From an uncultured Methanoregulaceae archaeon (GTDB lineage Archaea > Halobacteriota > Methanomicrobia > Methanomicrobiales > Methanospirillaceae), in contig CAWJAX010000003.1 of NCBI GenBank assembly GCA_963841015.1, positions 32,001 to 96,000 of the forward strand: a stretch of 64,000 nt of DNA, read 5' to 3'. The notes below the pieces were generated by a model. That model searched no databases and was not told where the DNA came from. It saw only the letters and a program-made list of their open reading frames with translations. Position numbers and translations under genes: made by a program. Positions 51,924 to 63,140 of the stretch are shown one piece after another (positions within the stretch are counted from its first letter, which is position 1; each line of letters opens with the position of its first letter).

Positions 51924-52669
51924 TGACGACACCTGTCAGGATTGATGCAAAATATCTCCATTACACACACCTCAACCAGCAAATCCGGGCTGCGATTACT
52001 TCAGGGGCAAAAGAGATCGTGATAGATAATGTTCTCGGGCAGCGATTCATTGGAGATGGGATCCGGGGTGAAGGAGTTACGCTCACGGTCAACGGAGTTC
52101 CTGGCGGGGATCTTGCCATGTTCATGAGCGGCCCGACAATCATCGTTCATGGGAATGCTGACCATGCACCGGGAAATACCATGGATATGGGAAAGATCAT
52201 TATTCATGGGAGTGCCGGTGATGCAGTCGCTCACAGCATGCGTGGCGGCCGGGTGTACGTGAGGGATAATATCGGGTACCGTGGGGGTATCCACATGAAG
52301 CAGTACACAGATAAACGCCCGATCCTTGTTGTCGGAGGAGCAGCACGGGCATTTCTCGGTGAGTATATGGCAGGTGGTCTGCTGATAGTTCTTGGATTAA
52401 CCGGCACTCCTGCCATTGCAGAACGTGGCATTGGAAGCGGGATCCACGGTGGTGAAATCTATGTCCGGGGTATTGTCGACAAGAATAACCTCGGGGTGGG
52501 TGCACAACAAATGCCAGCGACAGAAGCGCAGAAGACGATGATCCAACCAATTATTGAGGATTTTGCACGAACGTTCGGTATTGATCCGACACCACTACGG
52601 ACCTCTGATTATTCGAGGATTTCTCCTGCAAGCGCACGACCATTTGCGAATAAATACACATGGGAGTGA
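51923..52669 (+). CDS. gltB3: glutamate synthase GXGXG beta-helix subunit
   Basis: GQRFIG, GNTM, FLGEYMAGG, HGG. Confidence 0.9.
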   Translation: MTTPVRIDAKYLHYTHLNQQIRAAITSGAKEIVIDNVLGQRFIGDGIRGEGVTLTVNGVPGGDLAMFMSGPTIIVHGNADHAPGNTMDMGKIIIHGSAGDAVAHSMRGGRVYVRDNIGYRGGIHMKQYTDKRPILVVGGAARAFLGEYMAGGLLIVLGLTGTPAIAERGIGSGIHGGEIYVRGIVDKNNLGVGAQQMPATEAQKTMIQPIIEDFARTFGIDPTPLRTSDYSRISPASARPFANKYTWE

Positions 52670-53697
52670 TGGTAATGGCTGCAAAAAGTTATCTTGATTT
52701 GAAAAACGAGGTCTGGGACACAGGTAAATGCTCGGGATGCGGTGCATGTGTGGCGGTCTGCCCGGCGGATGCCATCTCATTTGATGAAGGAGGGATGGCA
52801 ATAAGCCCAAGAAGTAACGGGTACTGCAAACAGGCTAGCGATAATGTCAATTGCGGGGCATGTTATGCAGTATGCCCCCGGATCTGTAGCCAGCCAGCAG
52901 AAACACTCGGGAATTATCTCGAACTTATGAGTGCAAAGGCGACATTTGAAGTTCCCCACAAGCAAAGCGGGGGAGCCGTCTCGTCAATTCTTGCCAATGC
53001 TCTGGATGAGGGACTAATCGATGCGGTTGTGACGGTTACAGAGGATCGCTGGACCCTGAAACCTTCCTCTGTCGTGATCACGAAATCGGAGGTGCTTGTT
53101 CAGCAGGCAGGTAGCCGGTATAGCTGGTGGGTGCCACTCCTTGCTGCGCTTAAGTATGCTGCAATTGAGCACAAGTACAAACGGATTGCAGTCATCGGTG
53201 TTCCCTGTGCGGTCCAGGCAGTAGCACGAATGCGTGAAAGTGATAATGATCTTTTAAAACCGTACGGGAAAGCGATTCGCCTTGTAATCGGACTCTTCTG
53301 TACAGAAACATTCGATTACACTGCCCTTGTTGAGGGAAAACTCAAAAACCACTACAATCTCGAACCCCATGAAATTAAAAAACTCAATGTAAAAGGAAAA
53401 TTAGAGATCCTTAAGCATGATGGCAGCACCACGATTGTACCCCTCGCAGAACTGGAAACCTGCATCCGTAAAGGCTGCCATTTCTGTCCGGATCTGACTG
53501 CGCTATTTTCTGACATCTCTGCAGGTGCTATAGGAAGCGCCCCAGGATCGACAACACTTATTGTCCGCACGCTGACCGGTAAAGGGTTTGTTGACAATGC
53601 TGTACAGAACCGGAAACTGGCTGTCACGCAGGGTATTGATACAGCAGCCATTGAGAAACTGGCTTTAGCAAAAATAAAGAAAAATTCAAAAAAGTAA
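52669..53697 (+). CDS. FrhB-like coenzyme F420-binding subunit (likely electron input to glutamate synthase)
   Basis: CSGCGACVAVCP, QSGGAVS, GVPC, GLFCTE, GCHFC.D..DIS.G; TGATG coupling to gltB3. Confidence 0.88.
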   Translation: MVMAAKSYLDLKNEVWDTGKCSGCGACVAVCPADAISFDEGGMAISPRSNGYCKQASDNVNCGACYAVCPRICSQPAETLGNYLELMSAKATFEVPHKQSGGAVSSILANALDEGLIDAVVTVTEDRWTLKPSSVVITKSEVLVQQAGSRYSWWVPLLAALKYAAIEHKYKRIAVIGVPCAVQAVARMRESDNDLLKPYGKAIRLVIGLFCTETFDYTALVEGKLKNHYNLEPHEIKKLNVKGKLEILKHDGSTTIVPLAELETCIRKGCHFCPDLTALFSDISAGAIGSAPGSTTLIVRTLTGKGFVDNAVQNRKLAVTQGIDTAAIEKLALAKIKKNSKK

Positions 53698-53768
53698 TCT
53701 TTAATCCCCCCATTCCTGCCCATGTACAGAAGGGTATTACTCCAAAGAGTAAATAGTGGATATCTGTT

Positions 53769-55136
53769 TTATTTTTCCCGACGGATCCGTGAAAGTGGTG
53801 AGCACTGGTCAAAGAATTCCGCGATGAATGGTGCAAACTCCTCCTTCCAGCATTCGGGTCCCTCATAAAGGGTCCATCCCAGTTCCAGAGACTGTCGCAC
53901 ATGTTTTCCCAGGCTCACACTCATGAGAGCTTCCGAAGACAACAGGCTTTTTGCAGTCTGATATTCCCTCGGCACCTCAATCACGTACCGCCCGTCTTCA
54001 ATGAATGGCCGGGACTGACGTTCCGCCTGGTGCTTTTCACGGAATTTATCTGCATTTACGTGGTTCCAGAGTGGCGGCCCCATATGCCGGCGTATTGCCG
54101 GAAGGTCCCCCACAAGGAGCTCAAGAAGGATCATGCATTCCTCTGACTGCATATCATACGAAGCGTGATGGACGGCAAAACCGTTTCTCTCCAATAATTC
54201 TCTGATTGCCGAAACACTGCGCTTGAGCTGTGGCACAATAATCTCCGGAATGTATTGTGGTGTCGCAAAAATGACAGCAAAAACATGTGTCCTGCGTTGA
54301 GCAATTGTCGCGGCCAGTTCTTTTTTCAGGATACAGCGTTCCATCGGATGCAAAAAAAATTCGGTTACGGGGTTTTCACCATACCCCCTCGCCAGTTCGA
54401 CAAACCCTGCCATGCGATCCAGGGATACTGCTGCTGCCACGTTGCGTTTCGGATCGACCGGATCGATGACGACCAATGGTTCCTCGAATTTTTTTGCAGC
54501 ATGGTTCTCAATATCGATAACAATCCCGGGCCGCCAGGATGCTGCTTCCCGGATAAGTGGTGTAAATCCCCCGTAATGGAGCACAAGGAGCTCACAGAGA
54601 TACCCTGAAAATCCTTCCGTCATCTGGTCTGAACCATAAATACCGCCAGCTTTGGTGAATTGTTTGAGCAGGAGCACATCATCGATTAACCCATTGATCT
54701 TGTCGGTAATGTACCGTGTGTGAAACGGGGTGCGGTCAACGGCACTCTGGATCCGTTCGGCACTGTCCACCCTATAGCAGGGAACAAGATCTACATCCAC
54801 ATCATCGATAAAAGCATTGATATACGGGTGTTCGGCATACTTTTCATGGAAACGGTCGGAGAATAAGGATGCAATGCTCCGCGCGAGTGCAAGTCCTTCT
54901 GTTTCAAGTTCCTCGCGGGACAACCCCGGGTCAAAGAGCATGAACACATCAAGATCCCGATCTCCGCGAACCCATGTATGCCGGGCAATCGAGCCCACGA
55001 CCATTCCCTCTGCTTTCCCGCTTTGTTCAATTGCGGCAAGCAGGCGTTTCGCCAGACCACACACATGATCGCGCTCCTGTTTTGTTGGACGGAGATTCAT
55101 CAATACATGCTCTTCAATCGGCAACCGTTTCACCAT
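53769..55136 (-). CDS. cca: archaeal class I CCA tRNA nucleotidyltransferase
   Basis: VGSIARHTW..DLDVF, YAEHPY, SAVDRTPFH, GFSGYLCELL, DPVDPKRNVAAA. Confidence 0.95.
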   Translation of the reverse strand: MVKRLPIEEHVLMNLRPTKQERDHVCGLAKRLLAAIEQSGKAEGMVVGSIARHTWVRGDRDLDVFMLFDPGLSREELETEGLALARSIASLFSDRFHEKYAEHPYINAFIDDVDVDLVPCYRVDSAERIQSAVDRTPFHTRYITDKINGLIDDVLLLKQFTKAGGIYGSDQMTEGFSGYLCELLVLHYGGFTPLIREAASWRPGIVIDIENHAAKKFEEPLVVIDPVDPKRNVAAAVSLDRMAGFVELARGYGENPVTEFFLHPMERCILKKELAATIAQRRTHVFAVIFATPQYIPEIIVPQLKRSVSAIRELLERNGFAVHHASYDMQSEECMILLELLVGDLPAIRRHMGPPLWNHVNADKFREKHQAERQSRPFIEDGRYVIEVPREYQTAKSLLSSEALMSVSLGKHVRQSLELGWTLYEGPECWKEEFAPFIAEFFDQCSPLSRIRREK

Positions 55137-55669
55137 TTCACCTCCAGCAGATCTTCGTAGACCGGACCCTGAGGGAGGAGTGTACTTTTTTTTAATTTTA
55201 TACTGCTGATCATGCAACTGCCATAGGATTTGTCTTTCAGGTTATTCAGCACGGATAACAGAGAGGGATGAGGTGATTTAACCCGCGCCAGAGTTGCGTG
55301 GGGTGTGAAGCGGCGCGTCTCACGTTCGAAACCGAGAGGTTCAAGTACATCCTCGATAAGGTGGAATAAACGCCCGCTCTCTCCGCTATCCCCGATTGCA
55401 CACCAGACTGTGTGCGGGTGTTGTGGATTGTTTACCGTGACGGTGCCAGCGGTTACGGGAAATGAAGGAAAGGTGACAGACCTGAGTGCATCCATAACTT
55501 TCCGGAGTGTTTTATCATCAACGTCACCAAGAAATTTTGCGGTAATGTGAATATTTTTTGGATCCACATAGGTTAGTCGGGCTTTGCACCCCCGTATAAT
55601 CTCCTGAACTAAAGCGAGATGATCCTGGATTTCTTTAGAAAGTTCGAGTGCTATAAACGATCTTACCAT
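55130..55669 (-). CDS. thpR: RNA 2',3'-cyclic phosphodiesterase (2H family)
   Basis: RSFIA, HITAKFLG, PHATLAR, GPVY. Confidence 0.92.
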   Translation of the reverse strand: MVRSFIALELSKEIQDHLALVQEIIRGCKARLTYVDPKNIHITAKFLGDVDDKTLRKVMDALRSVTFPSFPVTAGTVTVNNPQHPHTVWCAIGDSGESGRLFHLIEDVLEPLGFERETRRFTPHATLARVKSPHPSLLSVLNNLKDKSYGSCMISSIKLKKSTLLPQGPVYEDLLEVKW

Positions 55670-55800
55670 CTACCGTACTATTATTTCATACCACTACTAA
55701 TCATAATCGCTTAGAGGATACATCAGATAAAATGAACAAACCATGATTTTTTTATCTCCGGAAAGCCTATTGGATAGGTAACTGTGTGAGGGTGTTTTTT

Positions 55801-56067
55801 GTGCCGAAAAAATTGCAATTGATCGTATATACGCTAGAATACTGCCCGAATTGTGACAATTTAAAGGGATTTCTGACGAAGGGCGGCTATACATATTTCG
55901 AGCGTGACCTTTCGACCGCGGAATCCCTTACGGAACTGCGTATGAATGGGGTTTTTGTAAACGAAGCCCCCGTTTTACAGAAAGACTCTGATTTCTACAC
56001 CTCTGCGGATCTTTTTCCAGCGGGCAAACTGGATGGGGAGCACCTATCAAAGACTGATATCAGGTGA
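55801..56067 (+). CDS. glutaredoxin-like NrdH redoxin
   Basis: VYTLEYCPNC, EAPVL; directly upstream of nrdD; last codons probably frameshifted (..LISGE* then ATG). Confidence 0.85.
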   Translation: MPKKLQLIVYTLEYCPNCDNLKGFLTKGGYTYFERDLSTAESLTELRMNGVFVNEAPVLQKDSDFYTSADLFPAGKLDGEHLSKTDIR

Positions 56068-56070
56068 ATA

Positions 56071-58255
56071 ATGGCACAACGGGAGACCAGGCAGCTTACG
56101 TTTGAGGGAATCACTGTTCCCGTACTCCCCTCCGTCCGAACATCTGACGGGCACATCATCGAATGGGATCGCAATCGCATTGTCCGACAGATTGTAGAAG
56201 AAACCAAACTTGTCGAGACATTCTATGGCTATGATGGTGCCGATGAAGCGACCGCACAGGAAATCGCGCATGATGTAGAAAACCGGATCAAGAATATGGG
56301 GTTGAAGTCCCTCTCCGGGCCACTTATCCGCGAGATTGTTAATATCACCCTCCTTGAAAAAGGTATGATACAGTACCGGAATGTTTCCACCCGTGTCGGT
56401 ACTCCGGTATTCGACGCACATCAGATCGATGTTGGCAGAGGATTTGAAGCGCACGATAATGCCAACCTTCAGGAAAATGCCGAGACTTCCCACAAGAAGA
56501 AGGCAGACAAGATATCGAAGGAACAATACCTGCTTCAGCTCCCCCCCGATCTTGCCGATCATCACCTGTCAGGAGAGATGCACATCCACGATCTTGAGTA
56601 TTTTGGTACCCGCCCGTTCTGCCAGGACTGGGATCTGCGTTATTTCTTTTACTATGGACTTATGCCTGACGGCAATGGAACGAAAGCTTCTGTAGCAGGC
56701 CCTGCCAAACGTGCCGAGGTTGCAATCCTCCATGCTGTGAAAGCACTCGGTTCCGCACAAACAAATTTTGCCGGGGGACAGGGTTATTACAATTTCCTCA
56801 CATTCCTTGCACCTTATATGGAAGGAATGGCGTATAACGAGATCAAACAGAACATGCAGATGTTTGTGTATGAAATGACTCAGATGATGGTTGCCCGCGG
56901 TGGTCAGCTCGTTTTTTCATCGATTCAACTATCACCTGGTGTTCCTACTCTCTGGCAGGACAAGCCCTGTATATACAAGGGGAAGATATGGGATGGCAAA
57001 TCTGCACCTCGCAGGACATATGGGGAATTCGAGCGTGAGGTGCGTCTGCTTTTCAAGGCACTCATGGAAGTAATGCTTGAGGGAGATTACTGGGGAAAAC
57101 CCTTCAACTTTCCAAAGCCCGAGATCTCAATTGAGCCCGATTTCATGAATGAACGTGATGATTTCAACCGAAATAATCCCGACTTGCCCACCTTCCAGGA
57201 ATTATACCTGATGACCTTCGAGCTCGCTTCAAAGTTCGGTACACCTTATTACGATAACCAGCTTCCTGCTTACCGTGGAGCCGGTAAAGGAATTTCCTGT
57301 TACCAGTGCTGTGCCTACCAGTTTTCTACAGTAGCGGACAAAGATTCGGATTTTGAAAAGAAACTTTTCTTTGAGGACGGCAGGCACTTCTCTATGGGGT
57401 CATGGCAGGTTGTATCGGTGAATTGCCCCCGGGCTGCTTACAATGCTGAGGGGGATGATAAACGACTTTTTGCCGAACTCAAGGCACTCATGGAGGTCTC
57501 AGTGGAAATTTTTAAGATCAAGCGTCGCTGGATGGACCTCATTCGGGCGAACAGCCGGATGCCTTTTGCGATGCAGCGCCCAAAAGACCCGAATACTGGC
57601 GAACGTGGTGCGCTTGCTGTCGACCTTGAAGGACTTGTGTACACGATTGGCGTAGTCGGCGTCAATGAGATGGTACAACATCATACGGGTAAACAGACTC
57701 CACGAATCAAAAGAGGCGTTCAGGCTCGCTATACGTGCGATGACGGAAATGGAACTCTATGGTCGGGAACTTTCAAAGAAGAACAACATGACCATAGCGC
57801 TGGCACGTACCCCGGCAGAAACGACAGGTCAAAGGTTCGCGGTTGCAGACCTCCTCGATCGTCGTTATCATAGTTCTGCTGTAAAAGTTATCAAGGGGGA
57901 CATTGAAGAAGGTCTGGAAATGCTGGGCAAGAGCCGCGATCTTCCTGTTTACTATACGAACGGAACCCATGTCGCACCAGGTGCGAATGTTCCTCTCACC
58001 AAACGGATGGAGATCGAGCATGTGTTTTTCCCGATTGTGGATGGTGGAAACATCTTCCATATCTGGCTGGGCGAAGCACGTCCTGATCCGCGTGGACTCA
58101 TGGATATGGCAATGAAACTCTGCCGGAATACTCAGATCGGGTATTTTGCCTTCACCCGAGATATCACCGTCTCGCTACGACAGTTCCACGAGATGCGAAC
58201 GGAAAAGCAATCTATTCCCCCGTGGGTCTCATCCGATTTGCCGGTAAAGGTATAA
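56071..58255 (+). CDS. nrdD: class III anaerobic ribonucleoside-triphosphate reductase core (frameshift near 57698; no C-terminal glycyl-radical domain)
   Basis: ATP-cone-like N-terminus, HIHDLE, PFC, FAGGQG, FPKP, YQCC, TPAE, YYTNGTH, GGNIFH. Confidence 0.9.
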
Positions 58256-58500
58256 TCTTTCTGTCTCACCTAAATTTTGGCTCTTTTGAATTCCTTTTGA
58301 AATTAACTTACAAAGCACGGGTATACTGATGGAGAGATAGAACCGGCCCCTCCATACTCTCCCTGTGTTCATAGATTTTTTCACTCTTCAGGAATTATCA
58401 TTTAGGGGGACTGGTGTAGTGGGATGAAATTAATAATAGTTATCAGGTTTTTTGAACATTTTTTTAGAGTCCAAAACCAATTTAAAAAAATCAAGGATAA

Positions 58501-58920
58501 TCAGTATTGTTTTGCCTTTTTCAGCGTGATATCCATCAAACCACGGTGGATCCGATAGTAACTGTGAATTCTGTCAATAGGTTTATCGAGCATAATAGTA
58601 ATGTCCCGGTTATCAATCGAGACATGAACGTTGTTTGTCTGGATATCAATAGAGGGAGCGTTCTTTGGATTGGCGGGCATCGTTGCGGTTATATAAATCA
58701 TATCATCTGATTCCACAACTTCGTACGGAATTTCATCATCATCACCCGGTTCCCCGGCCCGGAAGACTTCGGGGTCTCCGTTTGAAGGGTGCCGGGTAAT
58801 TATCGTGTATCCTACTATGCGTGCGTGATGGTTGTCGGGCATGTTTTTTACAATGTCTTCAACTATCTTTGCAAGGTTATTAAAAACATCATCGTAAGGA
58901 CTGTTCGGATTATTCTTCAT
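58501..58920 (-). CDS. Hsp20/CS-like small heat-shock protein
   Basis: YEVVESDDMIYITATMP..HRGLMDITLKK; overlaps the regulator stop. Confidence 0.75.
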   Translation of the reverse strand: MKNNPNSPYDDVFNNLAKIVEDIVKNMPDNHHARIVGYTIITRHPSNGDPEVFRAGEPGDDDEIPYEVVESDDMIYITATMPANPKNAPSIDIQTNNVHVSIDNRDITIMLDKPIDRIHSYYRIHRGLMDITLKKAKQY

Positions 58921-59536
58921 ATACGCCTCGGAGTATATACCGCTCTTTCATCCGCCCGATGAGCCCTTTACGTTCGAACCGTTTCAGGATCTCACCAAGA
59001 TCTTTTTGTGACACTTCAGTGACCTGTTCCAGTTCCTGAAACGTAAGAGAGTCATGCGAAAGCGCTATGATTACAGTAATCTCTCGATCGCTCCTGAATA
59101 AATCCTTATGGTTTCGGGCAAGGTCATTCATTTTTGTTTCGATATCATGGTTTACCTGTTCGAGATTAGAAAGGATCATATCGTGAGCTTTAATCATTCT
59201 CCCCAGCATGGTGACCGAATTTTTGAGAAGATCATTTCGGGTTCTATCGTCATCGATTCCTTCGGAAAGAACCCGCACCTGTTTGAGATTGATGTCGATG
59301 AGGATGTCATTTTCGAGGTAATAATATTTCCGGCGACGGTCATCCATCTGGCAGGATAAAATGGCTTCCCGCTCCATCATCTGGAGATGATCGATGACTG
59401 CTTTTGGTGAGAGCATCAGCGTCTCGGAGATCTCAGTGACAAAACAGGGTTTCTGTCGCAACAGTTCAATGATTCGTCTGCGATTACGGTTCCCGAGGAT
59501 GTCGAGCAGGCGGGAAACCTCAACAGCATCATACAT
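58910..59536 (-). CDS. ArsR-family winged-HTH regulator, Phr/HSR1-like heat-shock repressor
   Basis: LDILGNRNRRRII.LL..PCFVTEIS..PKAVIDHL..RRKYY; coupled to an sHsp gene. Confidence 0.82.
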   Translation of the reverse strand: MYDAVEVSRLLDILGNRNRRRIIELLRQKPCFVTEISETLMLSPKAVIDHLQMMEREAILSCQMDDRRRKYYYLENDILIDINLKQVRVLSEGIDDDRTRNDLLKNSVTMLGRMIKAHDMILSNLEQVNHDIETKMNDLARNHKDLFRSDREITVIIALSHDSLTFQELEQVTEVSQKDLGEILKRFERKGLIGRMKERYILRGVYEE

Positions 59537-59537
59537 C

Positions 59538-59552
59538 TTTACTTAATGTTAG
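59538..59552 (-). promoter_or_regulatory. CTAAC-N5-GTAAA, HSR1/Phr-like autoregulatory operator
   Basis: Between the TATA-like box (59561-59570) and the ATG; resembles the CTAAC-N5-GTTAG HSR1 site. Confidence 0.55.
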
Positions 59553-59729
59553 TATTGGAAATATTTAAAAATTTTTTCAACCTGATATTTTGTTTTTATG
59601 AAATGATGTTTGAGAAAGTCATGATTTACACTTTATTCGTGGTGAGATCATGAAAATGTGTTATTCTTTTATTTTTATTATTACCAAGCATTATCTGTTG
59701 ACAGCACCTCTTAGTTATGGTGATATCCA

Positions 59730-59957
59730 GTGGAGAGACAACCCGTTGATTCCTGTAACCTAAAAACGGTAGGTTACGATAATCATTTAAAGAATTTAGA
59801 AATTGAATTCCATTCCGGGATGGTTTTTCAATATCAAAATGTTCCTTCCCACATCTATGCAAATCTGTTAAGTGCTCAGTCAACAGGGACATTTTTTACC
59901 GACAATATCAAAAACCGGTATCGATCAAAACGGCTCGACAAGGTTACCGTTCAGTGA
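59730..59957 (+). CDS. KTSC domain protein
   Basis: VDS.NL..VGYD..LEIEF.SG..YQNVP..L.A.S.G.FF..IK. Confidence 0.88.
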   Translation: MERQPVDSCNLKTVGYDNHLKNLEIEFHSGMVFQYQNVPSHIYANLLSAQSTGTFFTDNIKNRYRSKRLDKVTVQ

Positions 59958-60362
59958 TTATAGAGCCTTATTATCAGAAAAAAAAATTTTTCGCTCGTAT
60001 TCTTTTTACAAACTGAGGGTTTTTCAAAATTCATTTCTCTCAGATATTACATGCAATACTCTGGTGAGATAACGGCGGGGAAGAATGTGTTTCCCACGGC
60101 TTTCCTGCGCCGGGAATGGTAATATCGTAGTACCTGTTCGGGAAATCTCCACATCCAGCCCGATTGAAACCTCCCGGAAGATTTCCCTTGGCGAATGAGC
60201 ATAGTCTCGAGCCATTTTTTTACTCAGCTGCCAGGTATTGCGTACTCTCGGGCAATATTTCCTGACGTTCTGAAAGTTGCGTCGAAGTTTCTGACGATTG
60301 GCGGTATAAATACAAACCGGGCAGTCAGTAATAACGGAAAGTATAATAAAAAAACTGTTGGG

Positions 60363-61022
60363 TTATGCTGCACCAGCGCTGTCATACAGCAGGCAAATGT
60401 ACCGCATAAACAGGAGTGTTATTGGAGCAATGAGACAGAGATAAATAATGATGCCAAGGACAGGAATCATCGTAAGGATACCAACAATAATTCCAACAAT
60501 GATTCCCACAATCATCAGGACAATAAGTGCGATTATGTAGGAAACCCAGCCTATTTTGTTGATGGTTGCAAGAATAGCAGAAATATTAAACGCCTCACCA
60601 ATGCTTCCGGTTCGGGCAAAACGTACTATTCCGATTACCTCAAAGACAGCAATGATGACTCCAAGGACGAACATGACCAATAGGCCGAGAGCCATAGCAC
60701 CGAATGCTGCCATCATTGCCGAGTAGTTGCCGGACATTATGGCAGCAGCTGATGCTCCCAGAACCAGAATCCAGACAATTATGATTGGTAGCGCGTAAAT
60801 CAGGGAAACGATAAGATATTTTATTCCGTCAACAAAAAGAGTGCCCCAATCGTCTACTTCCGGGGCTGGTTTTTCACCCCGCAGAACCTTCATCGCATAT
60901 CCCATCAGGGGAATCGCGAGAAGGATAGTTGCGATGATCAGCATCAGCCACTTGTTCCACTTACCAACTACAGCCTCCTTTGCATATTCAAAGGATTCAC
61001 CAATCATATTACCGTAATCCAT
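60363..61022 (-). CDS. DUF4013 membrane protein
   Basis: GYAMKV..P..DDWGTLFVDGIK, RFARTGSIGEAFN. Confidence 0.85.
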   Translation of the reverse strand: MDYGNMIGESFEYAKEAVVGKWNKWLMLIIATILLAIPLMGYAMKVLRGEKPAPEVDDWGTLFVDGIKYLIVSLIYALPIIIVWILVLGASAAAIMSGNYSAMMAAFGAMALGLLVMFVLGVIIAVFEVIGIVRFARTGSIGEAFNISAILATINKIGWVSYIIALIVLMIVGIIVGIIVGILTMIPVLGIIIYLCLIAPITLLFMRYICLLYDSAGAA

Positions 61023-61159
61023 ATCTGTAAACCTCTTGAAAGGCAAGTCCTGCCAATCATCCATGACAATACAGCCACAAACGATTTAAATATCTATGAT
61101 TATCTCGCCGAATATAAATTTATCGCTGAAATTGACTTAAAATTGAAAAAAAGCACAGA

Positions 61160-62645
61160 TTAGTGCCTGAAGTATCGAGTACCGGTAAACACCATCGCCA
61201 TACGTAACCGGTTTGCGGCATCAATAACCTCTTTATCGCGAATAGATCCTCCCGGTTGTACAAGGGCTGTCGCTCCTGCCTGAGCGGCAACTTCAAGCGT
61301 GTCCGGGAACGGCAGGAAAGCATCCGAAGCAACAGCGGAACCTTTGAGTGGGGCACAGGCTTTCATAATGGCAATCTTTGCTGAATCAACCCTGCTCATC
61401 TGCCCGGCACCGATTCCCAAGGTGCGTTTCTGATCGGCAAATATGATGGTATTGCTTTTCGTATGCTTGCACACCTTCCATGCAAGCTGGACAGCACGCA
61501 TCTCATCCGGTGTTGGATCTCGGTCGGTTATGACTTCCCAATGTTCCTGATAGGGTGGAGTTCGCTGGACCAGAACACCCCCATCGATTGATCGTATCTC
61601 ATCAGATTCAGATCTCGGCGGAATTGCAAGCACACGCATATTCTCTTTTTTTACCATAATACCGAGAGCCTCTTTTGAAAATGAAGGAGCGACAAGGACT
61701 TCAACAAACGTTCCGGCAATTTCTTCAGCCACTTTTTTATCAACTTCCCGGTTAAGGCAGACAACAGATCCATAAGCAGAAACTGGATCAACTTCCCGGG
61801 CTGTGACATAGGCATCAGGCAAATCAGTACCGATAGCAACTCCGCAGGGGTTATTGTGCTTGATGATTACTGCAGCAGGTTCCTCAAATTCGCAAAGAAG
61901 AGCCACACCAGCGTTAACATCAAGATAATTATTATATGACATCTGCTTTCCCTGTGTGGGCTGAGCACCGGCAATACCCGAATTGCCATAGACTGCAGCC
62001 TGCTGGTGCGGATTTTCACCATACCTCAGTTCCCTGCCATGATTGAATTGCAGCGTTAACGTTGAGGGAAACGGGGCATCGAGCAGGTAGAGGTAATTGC
62101 TGATCGCCGCATCGTAAGCTGCAGTCCTGGCAAATGCCTTTTTTGCAAGCGTGAGACGCTGTTCCAGCAAAATTCCGCCATTTTGAACTGCTTTGACCAC
62201 TTCCTGATAATCTGAAGGGTCAACAACAACTGCGACATTTTTATAATTTTTAGCCCCGGCCCGGATCATCAGCCGGTCCGCCAATATCGATAAATTCGAT
62301 TAATTCTTCAAGACTCAACCGTTGCCCGGACATCTTTTCAAACGGGTACAGGTTAACAACCAGGAGGTCGATCCTGTTGATACCGTGCTTTGCCATCACT
62401 GCATCATCAATATGCTGTCTCCCCAGCAGCCCCCCATGGACTTTTGGGTGCAGTGTCTTCACGCGTCCATCCATCATCTCGGGGAATCCGGTATAACTGG
62501 AAACCTCAGTAAACCTTACACCCTCCTCAGCCAGTGCCTTTCCGGTTCCGCCCGAACTCATGATGCTGTATTTATGTCTCAGAAGCTCCTGTGCGAGCTC
62601 AATAATACCTGTCTTGTCCCAGACCGAGAGAAGTGCCCACTTCAT
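61160..62645 (-). CDS. purH: bifunctional AICAR transformylase/IMP cyclohydrolase (frameshift near 62272)
   Basis: [54 protein letters not shown]. Confidence 0.94.
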
Positions 62646-63140
62646 GGTCTAGTGTATGCAGAACAGGAAAGAAAAATGTATGCAGAATATTTCCCGATGT
62701 GAATCGGAATATTTAACGAGGGGCTCCCGATCAGGTTTCTTTGAGGCACTGCAGGGGATTATTTTGCATAATCACTAATCAGATGCACAGGTACCCTTCG
62801 GGGACAATGGCGGTCATCGAACTTGGGAGCAAAGTGCTATCAAACCTTACGTCTTGTGGAGAATACCCGATTTAATAATTCCTGTATAAGCGCAATTTTT
62901 TCATGCCATTTAAAAAAATTTCAGTGCTCTGTACTGGAATGGGTCTTCCAATTATTGGTGTCCCGGGACCTTAAAAAATTGCTATAATAAATCTTAAAAA
63001 TGGCCGAATATCGAATTAGACGAAAAATCAACCCCAATTATGAAAAACAAGTAATATTTAAGGTTCTTTTTTGAATATAATGCAAAAATATATATAGAAC
63101 TACAATACAATAGATATTGGATCATCAAATGGGATGTACA

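Noticed and set aside
58404-58430. GGGGGACTGGTGTAGTGG resembling a tRNA 5' end
   Set aside because: No anticodon arm, T arm or acceptor complement follows
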